Source of the DNA: Bispira polyomma
Lineage: Eukaryota
Assembly (NCBI GenBank): GCA_965649765.1
Contig: OZ287751.1
Location: forward strand, 62,248,001-62,312,000
Direction of reading: 5' to 3'
DNA length: 64,000 nt
Made by a program: the position numbers and the translations under genes. This document shows, one piece after another, positions 48,201 to 58,500 of the stretch; the stretch's first letter is position 1; every line of letters begins with the position of its first letter. The notes under the pieces were generated by a model. That model was not told the origin of the DNA, did no database searches, and saw only the letters and a program-made list of their open reading frames with translations.

Positions 48201-49203
48201 TGCAAGCGCGAAAAGCCCGCTTTGAAAATCAAAAATCCACCCCTTCAAACAAACAAAGGGCAATGGGATGACATAAGTTTCCGAGTATATTTATGCTTGT
48301 CATGCTTGAAGTATAGGCTAGGTGTAGTGGTTAAGATTAGGGACTTTAGATCTCATAGTCAGAGATTGCCTGCCAGTTGGGTAGATAATTTTTTGGCTAG
48401 CATATCTCTTATTTAGGGATTAAAAAAGAAATTATACATAGTTGCACAGAAAAGTGTGTTGCCTTTATAGAAATATATATTAATAAAATATTGACATTTT
48501 TCAACTATTGTCAAATGATGTCAGACTCAAAAATGAAAGGGGCATCTCTGTGAGGGCAGAACATTATCATCTTGCTTCTGATTGGATAAAACTCTGTCTT
48601 CTCGACCAATGAAATTACTTCATACGAACAGACCTCGAACCTCAACAACATTGGTGGAATCACAATCAAAACTATTATAAAGTTGTCAAAATAACAACTA
48701 TTCTAGCCTAAAACTAAATAAAAATATGTTTGCCAGCCTTGCAAGCTTTGATCTCTAGAGAGTAGCGCTTGCAAAATTTACTGTTAAATAATATTTGATA
48801 ACAGCGAAAATAGAAGACGTTTACATGGCGACTGAAGGTGGTACTCTGTTTTTGTGAGAAACTCTGTCCACATGTTGTACGCACATGCGCAGTAACTTGC
48901 TTTCTAGTTGGGATACTGACACATCCGACTTTCCTCCCCTGCCATTTGTGGGTCCTCGGCCTTTTGATAATATTATGTTTCACTTGTCAATCTTGTTATG
49001 TTAATTTAGTACTTCTGTGTCTTGTTCAATAACAAGATACCATTGCATTAAGAAAGTGTATGTTATTACAGTCACCATGTTTCTTTTTGATGCAGGAGAT
49101 AAGTCTGAGTTGTGAAGAAGGACGTCTTATAAATGAATCCTGCACTGTTGTAAAGTATATGGATGATATCAGAGAAAAGCTGCAATCTGTCTTACACACT
49201 TGA
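30224..49203 (+). CDS. NUBP1: NUBP1/Nbp35-like cytosolic Fe-S cluster assembly P-loop NTPase, 9 exons, 308 aa
   Basis: Exons 30224-30280, 31211-31274, 40553-40636, 43065-43230, 44020-44111, 44228-44287, 45673-45878, 47069-47158, 49096-49203 sum to 927 nt, all GT-AG and in phase; N-terminal 4-Cys motif, [46 protein letters not shown]; orthologue versus paralogue unresolved. Confidence 0.9.
30640..31065 (+). mobile_element. L2-type LINE 3' fragment
   Basis: GLAPSYL..LI.....TRQLRS ... [13 protein letters not shown]; (TAT)n tail. Confidence 0.7.
31211..31274 (+). CDS. NUBP1-like exon 2 ([21 protein letters not shown])
   Basis: TTTTGTACAG acceptor, G|GTGAGT donor. Confidence 0.9.
31520..31770 (+). 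mobile_element. L2-type LINE 3' end
   Basis: [13 protein letters not shown]....[27 protein letters not shown]...GCACGTTAAAAAT. Confidence 0.7.
31918..32140 (+). repeat. E2 split direct repeat A1
   Basis: Matches 37226-37445 with ~7 substitutions and one 3-nt indel; contains CCAATCA and CCTCCATATTG. Confidence 0.95.
32251..33313 (+). CDS. E2 gag-like ORF1 (internal deletion at ~33208 removes most of the Cys/His finger and shifts frame)
   Basis: [39 protein letters not shown]; the original C-terminus [21 protein letters not shown] lies in another frame and matches E1. Confidence 0.85.
33314..34063 (+). CDS. E2 pre-RT ORF (N-terminal part of pol; unrecognised domain)
   Basis: Open for ~250 codons directly after the gag TAG; C-terminal part homologous to E1 26140-26470. 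Confidence 0.7.
   Translation, partial: ELLIRQPVKQYGTLKETVNTGVNENYESANMVNDKYSHSNRTEVSFREANVRGNYIHKTNAMSNVLCENISGSTYGDVGAVQSQQQLLTHSRGQGMVKLTTGECSSTTYVQIKDCKNQNHSVHIQNGSHEWGPIKVKFNVTNWYLFCLTTSKSLPVLYIGGPKNFKNGFYYSQTDEVTGQESYTPFEFEPNGMLSVINSFEIWVNRVNDLAYVKFDKITCKSVQQQKQASNAFHYYKKDMECLKSSGKN
34050..36092 (+). CDS. E2 reverse transcriptase + DIRS-type RNase H
   Basis: [32 protein letters not shown] catalytic motif, [34 protein letters not shown]. Confidence 0.95.
   Translation: MVKTEHLEDLIDNLIGCCEGKNTDCNIRNVDVTDNSVQTEDSSVKPTKSMVSYCDEKYTHPASSEFFSQMTYMLKASEPVNRNITDIHDKNKTVGFLALSDTDFKFQGPDRQPVHIRTVEDMIAIAQVKKQTGVPNYKQARIPLSSGLNTQAWQYMLQDYPDKLLLQYITFGFPPDRLGNVKVKNHYSALQYPYEVGEYLKKESDLGAMLGPVKEVKTPDYHCSPLLTRPKDTDKRRVILNLSHPYGDSLNDNVDRDQFDGVAFALKFPTIDDIIQAIRDTENATLFKIDVARAFRNLRVDPVDAIKLGISWQGEYYVDPAIAFGWVHGSAAFQRCTDAITAHICKQGFKVFGYIDDYVCIAPEGTANEGFNKLYTLLKKLGLPMNQDKLTPPTTKLTCLGIDFDIIKGIISIQPEKLKEVCDVCVEVLLKQYISKNKFQSLLGKLLYINKCGTPARIFINRLLAAFRAGHANKRFKVTNEMKYDLEWFIKFLEKYNGVNFINHISIPYADELHLDACLTGFGRIWNREVYATPFHDLFDGKLTIVHLEMLNIVIALRVWAEKWRHGSLMINCDNMAVVLVVESHKTRDSFLALCLRNIWLLTATYDISLQIRHIPGKKNVIADALSRLYSDKASDQDLINKIDSDFEWKQIPIEYFNLDLSIYFRFHIHQPNPDVFSQC
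36047..37010 (+). pseudogene. E2 tyrosine recombinase (two in-frame stops)
   Basis: AFFGFLR (R), KWAK (K), HAFRR (HxxR), AHGLW, TY; premature TAA at 36463 and TAG at 36934. Confidence 0.9.
37022..37445 (+). repeat. E2 internal B1-A2 junction
   Basis: B1 ends GGACTG and abuts the A2 start TGTCAAGCAC. Confidence 0.95.
37645..37785 (+). ncRNA. Conserved structured cis-element in the Ngaro A2-B2 spacer
   Basis: Colinear conserved blocks and compensatory pairing with 21673-21810(-) and 2305-2435(-); RNA versus ssDNA function unknown. Confidence 0.6.
38394..38597 (+). repeat. E2 split direct repeat B2
   Basis: Near-identical to 37022-37225; contains AATAAA. Confidence 0.95.
39050..39875 (+). mobile_element. 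Internally deleted L2-type LINE (endonuclease piece joined to 3' end)
   Basis: FILGDFNI...[12 protein letters not shown], then [16 protein letters not shown]...LDYC, then [15 protein letters not shown]. Confidence 0.8.
39876..40530. repeat. 28/35-bp minisatellite (~21 units, partly alternating)
   Basis: CATTCCCTTACATTGATCTGACATGAGA with optional CATCAGA insertion. Confidence 0.95.
40553..40636 (+). CDS. NUBP1-like exon 3 ([27 protein letters not shown])
   Basis: CCTACAG acceptor, G|GTAAGA donor. Confidence 0.92.
41406..41662 (-). mobile_element. tRNA-derived SINE, copy 3, with ~12-15-bp TSD
   Basis: Reverse complement of copies 1 and 2; flanks CCCATTTACTGTGTC (41391-41405) and CCCATTTACAGTGTC (41660-41674). 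Confidence 0.88.
43065..43230 (+). CDS. NUBP1-like exon 4
   Basis: [16 protein letters not shown]...[11 protein letters not shown]...GWKPL. Confidence 0.93.
44020..44111 (+). CDS. NUBP1-like exon 5
   Basis: [30 protein letters not shown]. Confidence 0.9.
44228..44287 (+). CDS. NUBP1-like exon 6
   Basis: [20 protein letters not shown]. Confidence 0.92.
45188..45285 (+). ncRNA. tRNA-like Pol III unit (A box, B box, T5 terminator) containing the Ngaro spacer hairpin
   Basis: TGGCCCTGAGCGG, GGTTCTAATCC, TTTTT; 45228-45250 matches rc(2311-2333) at 21/23; does not fold as a canonical cloverleaf by eye. Confidence 0.45.
45673..45878 (+). CDS. NUBP1-like exon 7
   Basis: [14 protein letters not shown]...VTTPQDVA...[12 protein letters not shown]. 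Confidence 0.95.
46250..46670 (-). mobile_element. L2-type LINE 3' fragment
   Basis: [21 protein letters not shown]; 3' UTR shared with 17930-18240. Confidence 0.75.
47069..47158 (+). CDS. NUBP1-like exon 8
   Basis: [30 protein letters not shown]; CAG|GTAAG donor. Confidence 0.88.
47520..47850. repeat. Three degenerate ~130-bp units containing TTTTGGCGGCCATCTTGAATTT (transposon-derived)
   Basis: ATGACAGTTTTTGAGAAATTTT...TTTTGGCG(G/A)CCATCTTGAATTTC repeated with divergence. Confidence 0.55.
49096..49203 (+). CDS. NUBP1-like terminal exon 9
   Basis: [12 protein letters not shown]...VLHT*; AATAAA near 49395-49410. Confidence 0.85.
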   Translation, partial: EISLSCEEGRLINESCTVVKYMDDIREKLQSVLHT

Positions 49204-50692
49204 GGTGGTTATGTGCTATGATAATTTTAGTTTTGTACTCTGAAAGTGAAGCTCACATTATTGCATCGAGGAGAATATAATATGTTGAGAATCAGGTGGT
49301 TCTTATAAAAGTAACACAGTAGATAATGCTTTAAAAACATATCAATCAATATTCATTAATTTTCATATTACAGTATATACCTAGATTTGCATGTAATAAA
49401 ATAGAATAAACTTGTGGTCAATTTTGTTGTCAAATCTTTGTACAATAACTATAAATGTATGTTCAGCCCATTTACATAGATTATTTGTTTGTGTTTTATT
49501 CTTTTAAACCATTTTACATTTTTAAAATTATATAGTGTACAAAATAAATCACATTTACACAGAAGTGTTGTTCGTCAATATACCATTATGTAAGTGTATC
49601 ACATAAACTATATCTTGTATTGCTTGGATATTTAAGAAATAAAATTTGTCAAGAACAATAGAGGCCACAGAGTACATTTTTTTTTGGTTTAACTTAAAAC
49701 ATTTGACACATGAAAGCTATCTTGTATGTAATAAAAGACAAAGTAAATTCGAAGCAAATGTTTTGAGATTAATTGTTGTTTGGTCACCAACATTTAGCCT
49801 CTTTGCTACTAATATGTCAATCAACTATATCCGATTTTGACACAATATTTGTTGTCAGTAAAGTGTCAAGGATCACAGGTTAAAGAATTGACGTATTGAA
49901 TGTAGTATCTTAAGGAAATGCAACCAGACATAGTATACCTACAAGTAGACCGAATAATATGTCTCAATTTAGTGAGATTCGTGGCTCTTATTTTTACGAC
50001 GGACTCACAAAAAAGGACATAACTTCAATAAGCACAATGTTGTAAATTAAAATCGGCATATATAGATAAAAAATCTAGTAAAAATGAATACATCCACTCA
50101 TTCCATATTGCATGAGAATGCGTTCATTTCCGAATTCAACCTTTTGTGCTTACAGATTTTTTGGGGGGATTGATTCTAATAACGAATCTGCGAATAATAA
50201 GATCACTAATCGTTCGAGCATGCGCAGTGAAACGATCGATACCTCTTTCTAGTGTATTCTCTCAAAGAAGTTGCTAGAACCTTCTAGCAATCGAGACATT
50301 TTTATTTGATCATTTCCAGAAACAGCTACAAAAGATGTCCGACTTTAAAAATAGAAGATTCAAACTAAAGCAGTGACAATTGGATCCCCAAAATTTGTTA
50401 ATATATTGTCTCAATAGTCACAAATGGTTTCGTTTGTATTAAACATCTTTTTTGCGATTTGAAGTACATATATTGTGTACTTCGTTCTAACTTGCCATAA
50501 CACACCTATACAGTTGACATAAACATCAATGAATTGGTGTCACGAAAATGTCCTGGTACAGATCTGTAGTTTTACTTAATATTTTACTGCATTAAATGGC
50601 GGTATTTTCATCAATATTTAGCCTAAAATTTTCGTTTTTGTATCACCAGAAAACTATTATTTTGTGCTTTTTGACAGTCCAAACAGTTTCCA

Positions 50693-50828
50693 GCTTTGTA
50701 AAGAAATCGTTGTAAAAATCTTAAAAGTTTTGAGATAAATAGGCATTGATGAAATAATGAGCTTTGTAAAGAAATCGTTGTAAAAATCTTAAAAGTTTTG
50801 AGATAAATGGGCATTGATGAAATAATGA
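50693..50828. repeat. 68-bp tandem duplication
   Basis: GCTTTGTAAAGAAATCG...GATGAAATAATGA x2. Confidence 0.9.
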
Positions 50829-51619
50829 TTTCTCTGTAATTACTTAAGCTAAAAATTTTAAGATTTATATATCATAGAACAGCAATTAATATACTTTCTG
50901 GCCCTTTTTACAGAATAAAATTTCGTTCACTATTGACTGAGATAGTAGTCTTTATATCATACATAAATCTTTTACTGTGGATTTTACCTGCATGCAAAAA
51001 GCGTATGTTGTTATATATGGTAGAAGGGGCTGGTTTTCACAGTTTAAATGGCAAAAGACGAAAAAATTCCAAATAGTAAGGCATTTACCATATAATTTAA
51101 TATGAAGGGTGATTATGTGATAAAATACCTACTTAATAGTTGTAATACAAATTGGGACTAGATATCCCAAATGACATGTGCTTGTTATATATGATATAAG
51201 CGGCTCATTTTCGTAATACAACACAAACTGCCAATGTTGCAATAAATTTAATATAAAGAGTGATTGTGTGATCAAATTGAGACATAATACTTGAATTACC
51301 AGTCTAGGGTAAGTTTAGTAGTGATACTTTGTGCTAAAATCAGAATTTTTTCAATTTTTGCCCATGCTCTTCAGTCCAATTTTTAAAAGCCCCAGTACTA
51401 GTACATTGGTTATGTAGGTCGTCTCTGCCTGTACTACTAATCACAAAACTGAAAGAATTTTTAAAATTGGACAATTATTGAGGGAGATATAAGCACTGAA
51501 AGTTTTTATACATGGTTATTTCTTATACCCAAATCCGGTACACTCCATTTTTCGGCATTTGAACAAACAGTTCACCAAAAAAATATGCTCTTATGAACTT
51601 TCCTTTTGATCTCTGTTCC

Positions 51620-52370
51620 ATGTCCCTCAAGGTTCTGTCCTTGTGCACCTTCTGTTTTCACTGTACACTACTCCCCTTGCAAATGTAATATCCTCATACC
51701 ACAACATCAGCAATCACTTCTATGCAGATGACACACAGATCTACTGCTCCCTCACTCCCAAATTATTTTCTCAGGTCCTGGAACAGCTGTCTAGCTGCTT
51801 GACTTTGATTGAATCTTGGATGAGTAATTCAAAATTGAAACTCAACCCTGACAAAACTGAGTTCCAACTTATAGACTCCTAACATTAGAGGGAAAAAGTC
51901 CTTGATTTCTTACCTACTACTCTTCTTGGTAACAGCACTGTTCCTGCTGACAGCGCGAAAAACCTAGGAGTTACTTTCGACTCTGACTTCTCTTTTAAAA
52001 AACATGTCTTAAATATCTGTCGTTCCTGCTACTGCAACATCCGTGACTTTTGTAGGATTCGTCGGCATCTAACTCTAGAAAATCCCATTGCAGTGGCAAA
52101 TGCCCTAGTATCAAGTCGACTAGATTACTGTAACTCACTACCATATAGAATAGGACAGGGCCAAATTAACAAGCTACAAAAAATTCAAAATAACCTGTGC
52201 AGAATGGTATGGCATGCTGGTCCTCGCACTCACACAAAAGCTCTGCTTAAATAAAGCTTTTTTCGTCTACCGGACTATCATCTTGCACACTTTTTAGGAT
52301 ATGCGCCACAGAGGATGCCTGCTCATCTATTGTGGCGCCATAGAAGTCGAAACAGTAACATTAACATCAT
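51620..52370 (+). mobile_element. L2-type LINE RT fragment
   Basis: [49 protein letters not shown]. Confidence 0.88.
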
Positions 52371-52680
52371 ATTATTGATATCATTTTTCTATACACAACT
52401 GGTTTTCACAACATATTACATATATTAGAGGTATCATTGATCTCAATACAAGTAACATTATGTCAAAGACTTTAAAACGTTTATCAATAAATAAATTTAG
52501 ATGAGAGGTTTGACAGATATTTTATTTCTTATCTATTTTCAAAAAACAGAAAAAAAAACTGTCAGGATACGTACAAAATGTTGTGTAAATCAAGGAACAC
52601 AATTTTCAGTTATGAAAAATGGAATACAATCTTAAAGGTAACTGTCGGAATAAGGACATTTTACATAAGATAAACATAAC

Positions 52681-52898
52681 CAATACCTTGTAATTAGCTA
52701 AAACTAGCTAAAAGTAAAACTAACACAACTCACATTTTTTGTTTAATAACACAGTCTGACTAGATTTATTGTAAGCCTGTAACAAATTACAATACCTTAT
52801 AACTAGCTAAAAGTAGCTAAAAGTAAAAACTAACACGGCTAACATTTTTTGTTTAATCACACAGCCTGACAGGATTTGTTGTAAGCTCGTAAGAAATT
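52681..52898. repeat. ~109-bp tandem duplication
   Basis: CAATACCTT..AA.TAGCTAAAA.TAGCTAAAAGTAAAAC... x2. Confidence 0.8.
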
Positions 52899-53209
52899 AT
52901 ACTGCAATGCCAAGGAAGTGATGCTAAAACAAACAGTTAAATGTGATCACAATAACACTAAAACAATGTTCTGTTAGTGTCTTGAACATGTGAAACTCTC
53001 ACAATTACAAAAACTTAAAAAAATTACCTGCTGTATGCAGGCAAGTGATTACAGTTTTAACTTAAGTAAGTAACAAAGTACATCTATAAATTTCCAAGGT
53101 ACATCATCATTATAATAGATTAAACAGTCCATATTTGATGTTCCACCTGTTAAAGTTTGAATAAAGTCAATGGACACTGAAAACTAAGAACTACTTTCAA
53201 CAATGTCAG

Positions 53210-55560
53210 TTCACTGAATTCTGTCTTTCGTGGCCCAAAAATTGGTCTTGACCGCAGTATAATTATACCGCAAAGTGTGGGCCATTTATCGTTATTTTCA
53301 TTAGCCTTGCCACTTGTTTCAACCTATTTCTGCTTTTGGAATTGATTTTGTTTTAGGCGGAGAACCCCGCTCGCAAGATGCATAGTTCATAAGTACTACC
53401 AAAGTTAATTGTGCAAAAATAGCAAAATCTGGGAAACATCACTTTGATCTTTGATAATATCTCACAAAAGTCAGGGAATGATTTGTTTTTATGAAGGGCA
53501 ACAAAATGCTTGTACGCCAAGAAATCTTGTCTGCATCTTGCTGTGTTCACAATATTTTGGTTCTCCTGTCCATACCTCTGTAACAGATGATCAAGTTTAT
53601 TTTGTCCAAAGAAAGCCACTTCAGCGTTATTGTTTGCAAACACTTTGAGGTTTAAAATAAGATTTAATGCTTTCATATTTACTTGGGAATATTTAGGGAA
53701 CGTTGCTCCAAGTTGTCCAGTAGTGCTTGAATGAATCTCGCTGAAAATAAAACAATGAAATCAGATGACAACAGGGAGTGTTTCAGGATTCTGAGATCAT
53801 TCAATAATGTTGCTTTCAAAGGGGAATACAGTTATGTTCTAAATGTTTACATGAGGTGGATTTGAACCCATGTCCACAAAGGTGAGAGCCAAGTGATTAT
53901 ATGCCAGAAGGTCAACAAAGCAGTAATTATAATTGTACTTTTACAGTGCTAAATGGCAAGTATTGCAGTAAAGCACACAGTAAAGAACTACAGTCCTTTG
54001 GTTGTCCTGATTGTAGCTTTCCCTTGCGTAGCAAACTTCACTTTTGTGTCTCGAAAGTGTTTGTTTTCAGCCAGTGTATCAACTGCCTCATCTAACTGGA
54101 ACAGGGAAGGCACTGTATGCTGAAGCTGATTATCATCCTGAAAAGGGAAATTGCATCAATTGCTTTAGTTGTGAATTTGTTTGAAGTTAAAATGATTTTT
54201 TAGTTTACAAGTTGTATTAGTTCTGTTTTATGTTGTTACTGATTAGATATGTTTAATTTTTTTCCTCTTTGTCAGTTTAGGTTATAAGTTGTCTAAGTTA
54301 AGTTTTATTTGTCATGTTTTAAAATATTATTTTTATATACTTTTATAAATAACTAGTTTCTAGTTGTACCTCAAGGTCGTCAGAGTTGCCTTTATTGTGT
54401 CTAACGCTGTGCTTCCCATGGCAAAGTCTAGAGATTCACGCTGGAAAATCTTTGACATCTTTGAGAAATTTGGTAGGGTGTCAGCCAGAAGACAAGTGAT
54501 CCCAATGAAGCTGTACTTTTCTACTTTATCTGCTAGTCCTCTGGCAGTTGCATTACCATTGGCAGCTGCCTCACCCAGAGCAATTGCCAATGCTGGCCAA
54601 CAGTGATTAATTGCATGTACTGCCTGATCTAATGACAACCAGTGCACTGCATGAGGTATTTTCAATGATACAAATCTATCATCCTCAAGCAGCTCATAAA
54701 TTTCCCGTAACTTACTATATCTTTGTGCTGAATTGTGGAAGTAGAAATAGATCAAGTTCACTGTATCTTGATAGGACTTAATCTGATCTACTATGTTAGC
54801 TGCTTGTATAACCGCCAGTGCTGGCCTGTGAGCATAGCAATGAACATGAATTGTAAGGTCACCTGTCAGCTCCTTGAGTCCAACACCTACTCCTGTTCTA
54901 GACCCCATCATGACAGCAGCACCGTCCGATCCAAAACCAAGTACTTTCTGGGTAGCTATCCTCTCACTGGCCAACCATTCAATTAGTGCATTAAATATTG
55001 TCTCTGCCTTTCCATCTTCAAAATTGCAATATCAATGTATTCATCAGTCATTAAACCTACAAATCGTGAGCCACCTATAATTTCTTTCAAATTTCCATCC
55101 AATGCAGAAGCAACAGAAGCGATCATATCTGATATTGCATCATACGATTTGTATGTCTGAGTCATGTTTGGAGCACCATTACTAACTTGTAGATCAATTA
55201 CTTCAGGAAAAATTGTCAGGGGCAAATGATTTTGTGCAATGAAATAAGTAGTTTTCAGCTGGCTTTTCTAGTGCATCTGAGGTTTTAAGCACCTGACTAG
55301 TTTTGGCCTTTTAAAATTACTCCCTTGCTGTTAGAATTTTAAGGCCATCTTAGTGGCTTGAGGAGGCAATATGATGAAGCAGTGCACTTCTTTGATAATC
55401 TTAGCAACCCTGGGTAAATATGTTGCACTTTCCTGCTTTTTGACAGACACAGCAAAACATTTTGGGACTTGAACTACAAGTAGAAGCACTGACCTCAGCT
55501 CCACCCTGGGAATGATTGAAATAACCAAGACTTAAAGGATGAATCATTAACCCACGATGG
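53210..55560 (-). pseudogene. Decayed hAT transposase (ZNF862-like), apparently intron-containing
   Basis: TTF-like zinc finger (SWL..MFCCVC...H), GLMTDE..DI, GFGSDGAAVMMG..GV, HCYAHR..LA, HWLS, C-terminal A.CERG dimerisation motif; frameshifts; acceptors near 53741 and 54139. Confidence 0.85.
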
Positions 55561-58500
55561 ATTATAGTGTCTAATTTTCATTTTCTTGAGAGCTGGTGAT
55601 TCTGACATAATTTACAGCTCAGTATTACAGTAGAGTTGTAAAACTCGTGATTAGGTCTCATGAGCTTCTCGCTTTCATGAGACCTGGAAGCAGTGGGCGA
55701 TATTAAAGGAAATTAAAAGTTTGGAGAAAATCCGCAAGTTTTGTAATTTTTATTCTATAAAAGTACATGTAATGACTTAATTCAAGTAATATATATCGTT
55801 TCGTCCCCAAGACGTACTCGCCATACAAGATTTTTATTTTTTTCCATGATGGTATGATACATCAAAAGTATACATTCTACTTTACAGCCAAATGATTTAG
55901 CAGCACATAGTAATCAATTTATGTAAATCAAGAAACTTTTTTTTCAAAAACTTTGCTTTGTCCACAGCTAGTGAAGAAGACATTGCCAAAAATAAAACAT
56001 ACAGTAAAAATATAAAAAATAAATGTAACTAATATAGAATAACATATCCCCTAAGGCTATGAATATTAAAATGGTGTCTCAGTAAAAAATCAAAAGGTAT
56101 TTTTAAATCACAGTAATAATATAATGGTTTTGTATCACCACAGACATTGTTGATAGTATCAGTTTAAAGTGACTTAAAAGCTCTTGAGTGGGCTGGGTAT
56201 ATTGTATCTTGTTTACATTTATTGTATAGTGTTTATACACATGTCAATGTAATAAATAAATTGAATTGAATAACAATGGAGTTAGTAAATAAAAGCAAGA
56301 ATGATTAAAATCTCACTTCATAATATTTATTTTTCTTTGCAGTTAAGGTAAATGAATAAATATAGCTACCAAATCATGTCATAGTAAGAAAATACACACA
56401 AAAATTAGAAGTTCATGTATTTCACTCAGTAATAGTCATATACTGGAATAATTATTCATGGTTTTTGAAGCACTTATTAGTGGTCAAAGAATACCCATAT
56501 TATGTTGATACCTTTACAACATATAACAGCAATGTGAGCAGTAGTTCAAACAACTTTGTTATTAGCCTTGCATGAGTGTTTTTAATACTTTAGCAATATG
56601 GATATCACCTTATATTATTATTTAAGGTTTTAGGTCCTATTATTAGAAATAAAGATCACTGAACAAGTGAATTTAAGTTCACCACTTTACCTACTATTAA
56701 CATACTCTCATACTTACCTCAAACAAAGTGGACTGTGGGTGGCTTTGGGTGGCTTTAAACGAACTTTTGTATTACGACCCCTGTATTATGGACTGACAAA
56801 TATTTGTTCATAGGTATTTTATGCCCAAGAGTTAGAACTATATCCTATATATGGATGTTGGGGACCCATGTCGGCCATGATGTTATTAAACTAATAATGT
56901 TTTATGGGTGATGTACCCTACTTTATCAAAGTTATTAAACTGGAATTGATATATATTCCAGAACTATACTATGTTAAACCAAGTTTATGGCATTTAAAAA
57001 AATTTAATCGAAAGTTTTAGGTAAAGTTGTACATAGAGGCTATTTTGAAAGTGTAAATAAATATATGCCAAACTAGCATCAGAGTCTTCACTAACTAAAT
57101 CACATTCATACACACATAGATTACTTAGTACCCTTAGATGACCTCTAGCCCATATAGAACTTTAAGGGGCTGAGTATATTTTTAGAGTATATCTAACTAT
57201 ATAAAGCTTTCAATATAGAAGATAAAATAGTTCTTTTTTGCTGCACATCATAGTGTTAACTATAAGTTAATCAACAGGACACAAACAGCAGAAAGAGAGA
57301 GAAATAGATTTGCCTCACTAAGCCTCCTATTCCTGTAATGGTCGCCACCCACTCATGCAAGTCAAAAACCATGCTCGTGCATTCATGGCAGTTAACCGGT
57401 CCCATAAAGATCCAAGTAACCACAGAATGCCCCGATAATATTTCTAAACTGTCCAATATACTAGTCTTTCCACACACAAAGGTGGATATATTATTAGTCA
57501 GACATTATTTTAAAATGTATTATTTTTATAGCCAATAAATATGCTAAACTCTACTAAAACACATAAAAACGTACAAGGTCACACAACTTAAAATTGTTAT
57601 TTATGTGCTTTTTCTGTGCTTTACAAATACTAAACATATTGTGATATGTGCTTGACATATTAACCATATCAAGACTACTTTAAAGAAACACACAGAAATT
57701 CTCCATGTCAATGACTTTCATGTTTAAATAGGAAACTTTATATGATATAATGTGAAAATTGATCTTTCTAGTTGTCTTTGATAAATTGATCAGAAATTAT
57801 CTTAATAAAAGGCTACCTTCTGCATTACCAACTCTTCACCCCTGCAATAACAATGCAATACACTTCCCAACCCTCGTGAAATCTCAGAGGGATCATAAAA
57901 TATCTCTCTTATTTATGGTGAACATAAAGTCTTTAATGAATTTCCCCATGGCTGTAGTCCACTTCCATACGTCCACCGATTGGTAAACAAAAAAGTGCTA
58001 TATGGCTGAAAACTGGAGCAACCTATCTCACATGCAAATCAAACACTTTATATTCTCTATAATGATAATGTTTTCTTCATCTAGCAGATTCTTTGTCAGT
58101 GTATTGACTTGGAAAATAAAGGAATTAGCTTTGTTGTAATCTTGTTCCCACAGCAAATGAATGAAAACTTATTGAATGTCACTGTTTCTGTTTAATTTAT
58201 GATCCAAAGATGCATTAATTTTTAATCAGGGACAATTTAAAACATATGAAATCAGGAAAGATTGTAATACCAAGTCTAGACTGCAAGAAAAGACATTTAT
58301 TTTGCATCAATTGTGTTGTGCTTTCAAATGCATTACATGTATAAATTATGTAAATGTGTTTCAATATTCACCAGAAAAAATATAATACATGCATATCTGA
58401 TTCCAAATATTTGCAAATATAAGTGACATTATTAGAATGAAATTTAGAATACAAGTTATGTACTATATATTGTTGTTCTTTTGGTTTTATATGGAGAAAC

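Noticed and set aside
48475-49010. Crypton-like non-autonomous element (also 2780-2840)
   Set aside because: Only short motif resemblance and weak inverted ends; cannot be supported without a library search
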